In this document: positions 25,925 to 34,200 of the stretch, one piece after another
How positions within the stretch are numbered: position 1 is the first letter of the stretch
Layout of the letters: every line of letters starts with the position of its first letter
Source of the DNA: an uncultured Flavobacteriales bacterium
Lineage (GTDB): Bacteria > Bacteroidota > Bacteroidia > Flavobacteriales_D > SKUL01
DNA: 36,414 nt
Direction: 5' to 3'
Assembly (NCBI GenBank): GCA_937911795.1
Contig: CALDPJ010000025.1
Location: forward strand, 1 to 36,414
Position numbers and translations under genes: made by a program
Notes under the pieces: model-generated
What the model was told of the DNA's origin: nothing
What the model saw: only the letters and a program-made list of their open reading frames with translations
Databases searched by the model: none

Positions 25925-28900
25925 GTGATTCGATTCATATTACTTTTCGTAATTCTCACCTTTTATTCTGGCAATATTCTGTCGGCACAATGTGCCCAGG
26001 GATCCTATACCTTGAATCCGCCACCGGTAAACGGACAATATGAATCGGGGCAAACAGTTCAAATATGTCTGCAATTTAATTATTCACAAACCAGCGTAGA
26101 CTGGGTACATGGAATCGTACCGATTATTCCTGAAGGTTGGGATGTATCGTCTATAAATGTTACACCGCCACCTTCTTGCAGCGGCAGTGGGACATGGGGT
26201 TGGTATCAAAGTGTAACCAGCTCAGCAAATGGAAACACTTATGGGCCGGGATTATTTTACGACCAATATAATGATGGTAATCCTGGAAATAACTTTGGTG
26301 ATAACCTATCGTATTGCGGTTACAATTTATCCTTTTGCATGACAATAACTACCGCCGACTGCAACGGTGATGACCTGGATGGTGCCAATCTGAATCTTCA
26401 GTTTCAAATTTTGGGCGATAATTTTTCTGGTAGCTGGGGTTCTGGCGGAAACAGTTGTCCCCCTGGTCAAAATACCATAATGCCGGGCCCTGGCCAGAAT
26501 ACTACCCTTAGCTGTTGCTCGGGAGAAGAGGCTTTCCTGGAAATTTGCAGTTCATCTCCCAATCAAATTTTATTCAACTCTTTTTCATCATCTCCGGCCG
26601 GAGGTACCTGGACCAATCCATCGGGAGGTGCATTCAACGGAACATTTATTCCCGGCACCAGCCCGGATGGCATCTATTCGTATAGTTTTGACGACGGTGA
26701 TTGCGCTGCGGTATCCACGGTAGAAGTCACTACCATTCCTGAACCCGATGCAGGAACCGGTGAAAACATTACCATATGCGAAGGTGCCGATGCTTTCAAT
26801 TTGGGAGATCAAATAATCGGCGGCGATGCGGGCGGCACATGGACCGGACCGGGAAATATTCCTGTTTCTGATGTATTCACTCCGGGAGTCTCAGCACCGG
26901 GGTTATACACCTATACTGTAGGAGACGGTATTGATTGTCCAACCAGTCAGACGGTAGTGAACATTAGTGTTGAACCGAATCCGTTCGCAGGAGACGATGG
27001 TTCGCTCACGGTTTGCGAAAGCGACCCGCAGATCAATCTGTTCAATTTCCTGATGAACGGACCCGAAAGTGGTGGTACCTGGACCGATCCATCCGGCGGA
27101 TCACACGACGGATTATTGTCGCCGTCAACCGATGAACCCGGAAACTACACTTATTCTATCGGAGATCCTCCATGCAGCTCATCGGCCACCGTTTCGGTTA
27201 CCATTGTTGAACTTCCTTATGCCGGTCAGGACATTTCAATATCGCTTTGTCCGGATGACGCGCCGGTAGATTTGTTCAATGTAATTCCTGGCGCCAACGC
27301 CGGCGGATTTTGGGCTGATCCGGATAACGCCGGCTTTAGCGGAATATTTTCGCCTGGATCAGATCAACCCGGAGATTATGTTTATCAGATCGGTGGAGCA
27401 GCCTGCAACGACGTAGCCGTTGTTACCGTTGTAATTCCCGATCTGCCAACCGGATTCATCAGCGCAGATGCTACCTATTGTGAAGGCAGCAATTTCCCGA
27501 TCACATTTAATCTCACCGGAAACGGACCCTTTGATATTGAGTACGGCATCAACGGAAATGATTATACTTTAAATGGTATTTCTGACGGACATTCTGAAAT
27601 GGTCAGTTCAACCGGTGATGCAGAAATTGAATTGATTTCCATCACCGGTTCAGATCCCGGAGCCTGCCCGAACAGCGGAAACACAATTGAGGTAGAAATG
27701 ATCCCTACTCCGTCAGCGCAGATCGTCGGTGGTGGAGGTATCTGTGAGGGTGCCGATGGAACCTTGACTTTTGAATTGACCGGAAGTGGTCCATTCGACA
27801 TTGTTTATACCGATGGATCTCAGAATTTTTCACTAAACGGAATTTCTAACGGTCACGTGGAAACCGTGAATCCTACCGAAAACCCCACCTATACGCTTAT
27901 TAGTGTGGCCGACAATTCTCTTTCCTCCTGTGATGGCAACGTCAGCGGGAGTGCAAGCTTTGCGGTAAACGAAGCGCCAGCCGGTAGCATTTCGGGAAGT
28001 GCCAATATTTGTATTGGAGAATCCACAGAATTAACTTTTGAACTGGAAGGCACCGGTCCGTTTGATGTTGTGTACACCGACGGAGCCAATAACTTCAGTT
28101 TGACGGGAATCAACGATGGACACACCATTTCAGTTTCCCCTCAGTTTCTGTCATTTTATGAGCTGGTATCGGTCACCAGCCAGGGAAATCCAAACTGTCC
28201 GGGCATTACGAGCGGAAATGTAATAATTACGGTTTCTGTGCCTCCGGTGTACTACAACCTAAATGTTACCTGCAACAATGTGAATGAAGCCTATACGGTT
28301 TCCTTTCACATCAACGGTGGAGACCCCGGCAGCTATCAGGTCGAAGGAGATTCCGGTGAAATAACCGGCAATGTATTTACGAGCGATGAAATTCCGAGTG
28401 GCAGCTCCTACACCTTTCTTCTGGATGATGGAAATGGTTGCGGACCTGTAGAGATTTCGGGAGATCACACCTGTGATTGCACTACAAGTGCCGGCACCAT
28501 GCAGGTGGAAGATTTGGTAGTGTGTTCATCAGAACTGGCCATTGCAACCCACAATAACGATGAAATTCTTGACCCCAATGATATATTGGTGTTTCTGCTC
28601 ACTGATTCACCATATTACTCGACAAGCACCATATTTATTGAAAATGATGAGCCGGAGTTCGAATTCCAGGATGATTTATTGGAGCTAAACACAACTTATT
28701 ATATTACAGGAGTTGCCAGTAATGACGCTGGAGGAACCTATGAGATTGGAGACCCATGCTGGTCTGTCACTTCCCAGGCAACTGTTACGTTTATTGAAAG
28801 TCCCACAGCCGGAATTTCCGGTTCTGGTGCAATTTGTCCGGGTGAAGTCGCAAGTCTTGACATCGCACTAAACGGATCAGCGCCCTGGACCGTGGAATAT

Positions 28901-30628
28901 GCAGTGGATGGAATTTCAACCGGCAATTTTATTTCCAACAACAACAATTATACGCTCGACGTCGACCAGGGCGGAAGCTATACATTACTGAATGTCACCG
29001 ATGCCTTATGCGCCGGAACAACGTCCGGTGAAGTAGTTGTAACAGAATTTGAAGTACCGACAGCAACGATATCCGGTGGAGGAAATATATGTGCCGGCAG
29101 CGGTGACGGACCGGAAGTGACGCTCACCGGCTCTGCACCATGGACGATCACATACACGGTTGATGGACAAAATCCGGAAACCATTATCATCAATAATTCT
29201 CCCCACACTATTGAAGCAACAACGTCGGGTAACTATGTAATTACCGGGGTAAGTGACAACAATTGCACAGGCGAAGGATTGGGAACAGCTGCGGTGACTA
29301 TCGTCGAACCTCCTACTGCCGGAGTAAGTGGTGGTGGTCAGATTTGCGACGGTGACACCGGTGAAATCACCTTCAACGGAACCGGAAACGGAGACGTTCA
29401 GATAATGTACGCCATAAATGGAGTTACGGAAGGCACCGTAAATCTTATCAATGGATCTGCAACACTCCAAACCAGCGAACCCGGCACCTACAGCATTGTA
29501 CAGGTTGAAGATGATTTCTGTAGCGGTAGCGGTAATGGCACTACGGCAGAACTCATCGTAAATCCTATTCCTACTGCGGACATAAATCTTAATCCTTCGA
29601 CATTATGCGAAGGAGATTCGGCTTTGCTTAGTATCACCTTCACCGGCAACGGGCCCTTCGGTGTAGTGTACAGCATTGGTGGAGAAATGATCATTGCAGA
29701 CAACACTTCCAATATTCATCAATATGTTTTCCCGGAAAACGGACAGGAATTTGCGTTGATTTCGGTATCCGACAATTCTAATCCTTCCTGCGGACAAAAC
29801 CTGGTCGAATCGGTAACAGCTCAGGTATTGATTACTCCCGAAGCTCCGGTTCTCACCGATATTTTCCGTTGCAACAACGACACCTTCCCTCAAATTGGTG
29901 TAGAACCATTGCCGAACCTTAATTATTCGTGGTCTCCCCAGGCGGGCTTGAGCAATCCGAATATTTCCAATCCTGTATTAAACCTGGAAAACAACACGGA
30001 TCAGGAACAAACTTATACCTTTATCCTGACTGCTCATAACGGGATCTGCGGTGTACAGAGCAGTATGGAAGTGACCATCAATCCCGGACCTCAGGTGGAC
30101 TTTAGTTATAATCCGAAACCTGTTTCAACCGAAGCGACTACTGTAAATTTCCTGAACCACACGCCGGGCATCAACGATTATGAGTGGTTGGTAAATGAAA
30201 TCAGTGTTTCTACGAACACCAATATACACTATACTTTTCCCGATGGTATTGAGGGGAATTATAATGTTACATTGATTGCAACTGATACTGAAACCGGCTG
30301 CACCAACCAGCACGCACAACTTGTGGAAGTAAAGGGTGAGCTGATGGTTTACGTACCCAATGCCTTCACTCCCGATGGTGACGGGATCAATGAATTGTTT
30401 GGCCCCGTGGTTAGAAACCATCTGGAGGGTCAATATGATTTTTCAATTTTCAACCGGCAAGGGGAACTCGTATTCAATTCCAGTTCTCCAGATTTGAAAT
30501 GGGATGGCAGCGAATCTGGTCAGGATTATTTTGCGAAGGATGGTGTTTATATCTGGCTGTTGAAAATCGGAGACATCTACAGCTCCGAAATCAGGGAATA
30601 TCAAGGAACTGTGACAATTGTGCGGTAA
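25925..30628 (+). CDS. Giant modular cell-surface protein (1567 aa) with T9SS type B sorting domain (gliding-motility-associated C-terminal domain)
   Basis: GTG start and signal peptide MIRFILLFVILTFYSGNILSAQ. A Cys-rich N-terminal domain is followed by 4 + 7 Ig-like repeat modules and a PKD-like module. The C-terminus LMVYVPNAFTPDGDGINELF...LKWDGSESGQ...VYIWLLK is the CHU_C / type B CTD pattern. Confidence 0.85.
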   Translation: MIRFILLFVILTFYSGNILSAQCAQGSYTLNPPPVNGQYESGQTVQICLQFNYSQTSVDWVHGIVPIIPEGWDVSSINVTPPPSCSGSGTWGWYQSVTSSANGNTYGPGLFYDQYNDGNPGNNFGDNLSYCGYNLSFCMTITTADCNGDDLDGANLNLQFQILGDNFSGSWGSGGNSCPPGQNTIMPGPGQNTTLSCCSGEEAFLEICSSSPNQILFNSFSSSPAGGTWTNPSGGAFNGTFIPGTSPDGIYSYSFDDGDCAAVSTVEVTTIPEPDAGTGENITICEGADAFNLGDQIIGGDAGGTWTGPGNIPVSDVFTPGVSAPGLYTYTVGDGIDCPTSQTVVNISVEPNPFAGDDGSLTVCESDPQINLFNFLMNGPESGGTWTDPSGGSHDGLLSPSTDEPGNYTYSIGDPPCSSSATVSVTIVELPYAGQDISISLCPDDAPVDLFNVIPGANAGGFWADPDNAGFSGIFSPGSDQPGDYVYQIGGAACNDVAVVTVVIPDLPTGFISADATYCEGSNFPITFNLTGNGPFDIEYGINGNDYTLNGISDGHSEMVSSTGDAEIELISITGSDPGACPNSGNTIEVEMIPTPSAQIVGGGGICEGADGTLTFELTGSGPFDIVYTDGSQNFSLNGISNGHVETVNPTENPTYTLISVADNSLSSCDGNVSGSASFAVNEAPAGSISGSANICIGESTELTFELEGTGPFDVVYTDGANNFSLTGINDGHTISVSPQFLSFYELVSVTSQGNPNCPGITSGNVIITVSVPPVYYNLNVTCNNVNEAYTVSFHINGGDPGSYQVEGDSGEITGNVFTSDEIPSGSSYTFLLDDGNGCGPVEISGDHTCDCTTSAGTMQVEDLVVCSSELAIATHNNDEILDPNDILVFLLTDSPYYSTSTIFIENDEPEFEFQDDLLELNTTYYITGVASNDAGGTYEIGDPCWSVTSQATVTFIESPTAGISGSGAICPGEVASLDIALNGSAPWTVEYAVDGISTGNFISNNNNYTLDVDQGGSYTLLNVTDALCAGTTSGEVVVTEFEVPTATISGGGNICAGSGDGPEVTLTGSAPWTITYTVDGQNPETIIINNSPHTIEATTSGNYVITGVSDNNCTGEGLGTAAVTIVEPPTAGVSGGGQICDGDTGEITFNGTGNGDVQIMYAINGVTEGTVNLINGSATLQTSEPGTYSIVQVEDDFCSGSGNGTTAELIVNPIPTADINLNPSTLCEGDSALLSITFTGNGPFGVVYSIGGEMIIADNTSNIHQYVFPENGQEFALISVSDNSNPSCGQNLVESVTAQVLITPEAPVLTDIFRCNNDTFPQIGVEPLPNLNYSWSPQAGLSNPNISNPVLNLENNTDQEQTYTFILTAHNGICGVQSSMEVTINPGPQVDFSYNPKPVSTEATTVNFLNHTPGINDYEWLVNEISVSTNTNIHYTFPDGIEGNYNVTLIATDTETGCTNQHAQLVEVKGELMVYVPNAFTPDGDGINELFGPVVRNHLEGQYDFSIFNRQGELVFNSSSPDLKWDGSESGQDYFAKDGVYIWLLKIGDIYSSEIREYQGTVTIVR
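26510..27439 (+). repeat. Four tandem ~77-aa coding repeats (GGTWT-type Ig-like modules) inside adhesin 1
   Basis: The repeated pattern is P-x-(D/F)AG-x-(D/N)-x5-C-...-GG(T/F)W(T/A)-x-P-...-F(T/I/S)PG-...-G-x-Y-x-Y-...-C. The DNA copies are diverged, with short shared stretches such as GGTACCTGGACCnATCCATC. Confidence 0.75.
27446..28240 (+). repeat. Three tandem ~88-aa coding repeats (ICxG...LTFxLTGxGPFD(I/V)xY-type modules) inside adhesin 1
   Basis: The modules start at PTGFISADATYCEG, PTPSAQIVGGGGICEG and APAGSISGSANICIG. Each contains G(N/S/T)GPFD(I/V)xY and NG(I)xDGH. Confidence 0.75.
28799..29833 (+). repeat. Four further tandem ~86-aa repeats of the same module family, separated from the first three by a unique ~185-aa insert
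   Basis: The modules start at SPTAGISGSGAICPG, VPTATISGGGNICAG, PPTAGVSGGGQICDG and PIPTADINLNPSTLCEG. They carry the GSAPWT(V/I)xY / GNGPFGVVY cores. Confidence 0.75.
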
Positions 30629-30705
30629 CGCGCTTTCCGGCGTTTAGCATTCACATAATTCGCCGTTCCAGTAGATCGTGCAATTCTACAGTTGAGAATT
30701 ACCTT

Positions 30706-30713
30706 TATCTTTG
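30706..30713 (+). promoter_or_regulatory. Sigma-A type -7 box (TATCTTTG) upstream of the small ORF / adhesin 2 unit
   Basis: A perfect TAnnTTTG octamer lies 54 nt upstream of the ATG at 30767. It abuts the ECF-like -35 element. Confidence 0.35.
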
Positions 30714-30715
30714 GG

Positions 30716-30740
30716 GCAACATTAAATTTATATCGCCGTC
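30716..30740 (+). promoter_or_regulatory. ECF-type promoter GCAAC-N16-CGTC upstream of the small ORF / adhesin 2 unit
   Basis: GCAAC is at 30716-30720, followed by a 16-nt spacer and CGTC at 30737-30740, 27 nt before the ATG at 30767. Confidence 0.5.
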
Positions 30741-30766
30741 ATAATAAGGTAATCAAAGAATAAAAA

Positions 30767-31186
30767 ATGCACGTTTTACTCAAACTTCTACTATCACTGT
30801 TTCTCAGTTTTTCTTTCTGTCCATTACTAAACGCTCAGGATGCGCTGATTGATAGATTCGGTTCAGAGGCCATCAATTCCATTCAGGGCACAGAAAAGTT
30901 GGCCATTCTGGAATTCCAGAATTTGCATGGTTATGCGGTGCAGGATCTGAATGGCCTAAAGGATATCTCTGAATATCCGGATGCACTCGAAATTCAGGCC
31001 GTCAACGGAAATGGACCATTGCTAAGCGAAACCTCACTAACATCAGGCAATTTTGAGCTTTTCTCTTATTCTTTTCCTGTAAGTGGAACTAAAAACAATT
31101 ATTACCGAATTGGTAATACGGGGAGGTTGCTGATAATCTACAGCACAAATAATGTTAGAAAATTATATAATCAACAGGATAATTAA
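30767..31186 (+). CDS. Small secreted hypothetical protein (139 aa)
   Basis: It has the signal peptide MHVLLKLLLSLFLSFSFCPLLNAQ and no recognisable family motifs. The gap to adhesin 2 is 51 nt with no terminator, so the two are probably co-transcribed. Confidence 0.55.
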   Translation: MHVLLKLLLSLFLSFSFCPLLNAQDALIDRFGSEAINSIQGTEKLAILEFQNLHGYAVQDLNGLKDISEYPDALEIQAVNGNGPLLSETSLTSGNFELFSYSFPVSGTKNNYYRIGNTGRLLIIYSTNNVRKLYNQQDN

Positions 31187-31237
31187 CGATAAAACAATGG
31201 ATAATTACATCTTTTGCTCTAACTCACACTCTGGTAA

Positions 31238-34200
31238 ATGAAAAAATCCACTCTAGTTCATATCGCTTTTATCTTTATTGCGCTATTTATTTTTACACCA
31301 ATCTTTGGTCAACAACAGATAAATATGCAGACCGGATATTTTGAACAATGTTCCGGCGGCTTCCTCGATAGCGGTGGCGGTGGCGGTGCATATCAGAATA
31401 ATGAAAATTTTACGCTAACAATCTGCCCTGATAATCCCGGGGATGTAATTGGTATTGATTTTCTCACATTCACCCTTGATCCAACAAATACGGCATCCGG
31501 CAATAACAATAATCAGGATCGGTTGATAATTTATGACGGTAATAGTACAGCAGCGGCATCGATGGGTACGTTCACCGGAAATTCACTGCAAGGAATATTT
31601 GTTTCTGCATCGCCACTTAATACTTCCGGCTGTTTAACAATACGATTTATTTCAAATGATGTAGGCACGGGTAACTGGGCTGGAACAATTACTTGTGAAA
31701 CCCCGTGCGACCGACCAACAGCAGTTGGGACAGACAACGCTCCGGCTAATCGCCGTATTTGCATTGGAGAAGAAGTAACTTTCGACGGATCCGGCTCAAC
31801 AGCTGCGCCTGGATTTAACATTGACACCTATTTGTGGGATTTTGGTGATGGTACCACTGCCGACTCTCCGGTGGTCACACATTCCTGGAATGAACCCGGG
31901 GAATATCTGGTAGAATTGTATCTGGTAGATGACAACGGGTGTTCCAGTACGAATCAAATTAGTTTGCAAATAATGGTAGAGACGCTTCCTGACTGGGATC
32001 CGTTTGTAGGAGACGAAACTATATGTTTAGGCCAGACCATTAATTGGGACATAGATCCGAACGAATTTGAGGTAACCTGGATTGGGGCTGAACCGACTGT
32101 ATCTGTTTCGATAGAAGATGGTCTGGCTGACGTTGTGGGGCAATGCTATGAATTTCCTTTGGTGATTAGTGGTTTTGGTCCGGGTCAGACGCTTGATGAT
32201 GTATACTCCCTGCTGTCCATAGATCTGGGAATATATCATACTTTTCTGTTTGATCTTCTCATTCAGATCACCTGCCCATCCGGGCAAACGGTAGTTTTGC
32301 ATCAGCAAATGCAGCAGCCCAATGGCCCGGATGTGTGGGCGAACGGAACAGATTTTGGGATGCCCGGAAACATGGAATGCTGGAATTACAGTTGGACACC
32401 TCAAGCCACACAAACCATTTCCCAAATTGCGACACAGGCTGGAAATGATCCTTTGCCAGTGGATGACTATATGGCACTGCAACCATTATCGGATTTGGTA
32501 GGATGCGATCTGAACGGAACATGGACCATTAGTGTTTGTGATCTCTGGGGCGGTGATTCAGGCTACCTGTGCGACTGGGGATTGTCCATAGATCCTTCAA
32601 TTATCCCAGATGTAACTGAATTCACAACAACTATTGGACAAGAAAGTGACAGTTCTTATTGGGCGGGACCTTCATTTGGAGAAGTCTCGGCAGATGGAAA
32701 TTCAATCTCGATTGTACCCGACGCAGTTGGAGAATTTGAATTTACCTACACCATTATAAACAATCATGGCTGTACACACGACTCTACCGTAACAATTACT
32801 GTAGTCCCTGGTCCCGAAGCAGATGCCGGTGACGATCTCGTTATTTGCGAAGACTCGCTTCAACTAAATGGGTCGGTGGCAGGAACTCCTCCTCCACCAC
32901 CAAATTGCGAGTATGTTTTGGATATGGTTGATACATTCGGTGATGGATGGAATGGGTTTTCTGTTACTATTATTCAGGATGGTATTGTTGTCGGTACCTA
33001 TACCATTCCTTCTGGAGGGACATTAAATACTGTATCAATTCCTCTGAATCATGGCTCGGACATACAAATAAATACGAGCAGCGGCAACTGGGATAGTGAA
33101 GTCGCTTATTATTTGTACAACCCTGCCGGGGAGGAAGTTTTTTCTGACGAAGGCACGAATACTTCAGGTACACCGATTCAGATCGGCAACAACATATGGA
33201 GCGGAGTAGTCGATTGTCAGCCTGGAACTCCGGATTATGTTTTTGAATGGAGTCCGGTAGATGGGTTGTCAGATCCGAATATCCAGAACCCGATGGTGAT
33301 GGTAAACCAGAATACGACTTATACAATGACTGTCTGGATTGACGGTTCCCCAGAATGTGCAACCACTGACGAAGTGGAGGTTACCATTCCACCCGAAGCC
33401 GATCCGGGCCAGGATAACGAACTCACGCTGTGCTACAATTCGCCTACATTTAACCTACTGGACTCTCTTCTCGGTAATCCAACGGATGCCGGAGAATGGA
33501 CCGACGAGGGCGGCAATGTAGTGGGATCAACCTTTTCTCCTGCTGACCATGCTGACGGCGGCACCTTCTCTTTTACTTATACCGTGACGTTTGGCCCTTG
33601 CGTAAAATCTGCAGAACTCATTATCACAGTCCTGGAAGCGGGCCATGAAGATTGTTGTCAGACTTCCGCGGATGCTGGTCCCGATGGTATTGCCTGTGAC
33701 CTCAATTGGGAACTCAGCGCCGGTCCTGTAGTTGGAACCGGATCCTGGAGCGGACCTCCGGAGGTGACATTCGACAACATCAACGACCCAAATACAACGG
33801 TAACGGCTCAATCTCCGGGAGGAGTTATTGAATTGTTCTGGACCGATTCCAACGGTCTGCTTTGTGAGGAAACAGATATGGTGCAGGTTGTGTTTATGGA
33901 TCCTGTTGAAGTCGAATTCCTGACTATTCCAGCAACATGTCCGGACACCTGTGATGCTATCGTGATGGCTCAACCCTCCGGCGGACTTGGTGAATTCACT
34001 TATAACTGGAATGCCGGACTGGCAGGCGCTACACCCGACGAAAGAATTTCCCTGTGTCCCGGAGAAGTAACTGTTGAAATCGAAGATGAATACGGATGTC
34101 AGACATCTCTTGCCACACAGGTTACTGAATCGCCTGCTCCGGCTATCAATGCGATTAATGTAACGGATGTATCCTGCAATGGGATGTGCGATGGAAGCAT

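Noticed and set aside
25759-26043. 94-aa plus-strand ORF overlapping the adhesin 1 promoter region and start.
   Set aside because: It is out of frame with adhesin 1 and covers the terminator-proximal regulatory region. It has no signal peptide or motif, whereas the GTG at 25925 gives a textbook signal peptide.
26510-29833. Periodic repeats that might be mistaken for a CRISPR or other non-coding array.
   Set aside because: The period is ~230-265 nt and the copies are diverged. They sit in one continuous reading frame encoding Ig-like modules. There is no short conserved direct repeat and spacer organisation, and there are no cas genes.
30629-30660. Weak hairpin AACGC-gctttccg-GCGTT right after the adhesin 1 stop codon, as a possible terminator.
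   Set aside because: The stem is only 5 bp with an 8-nt loop and no convincing U-tract. Termination here is possible but the sequence alone does not support it.
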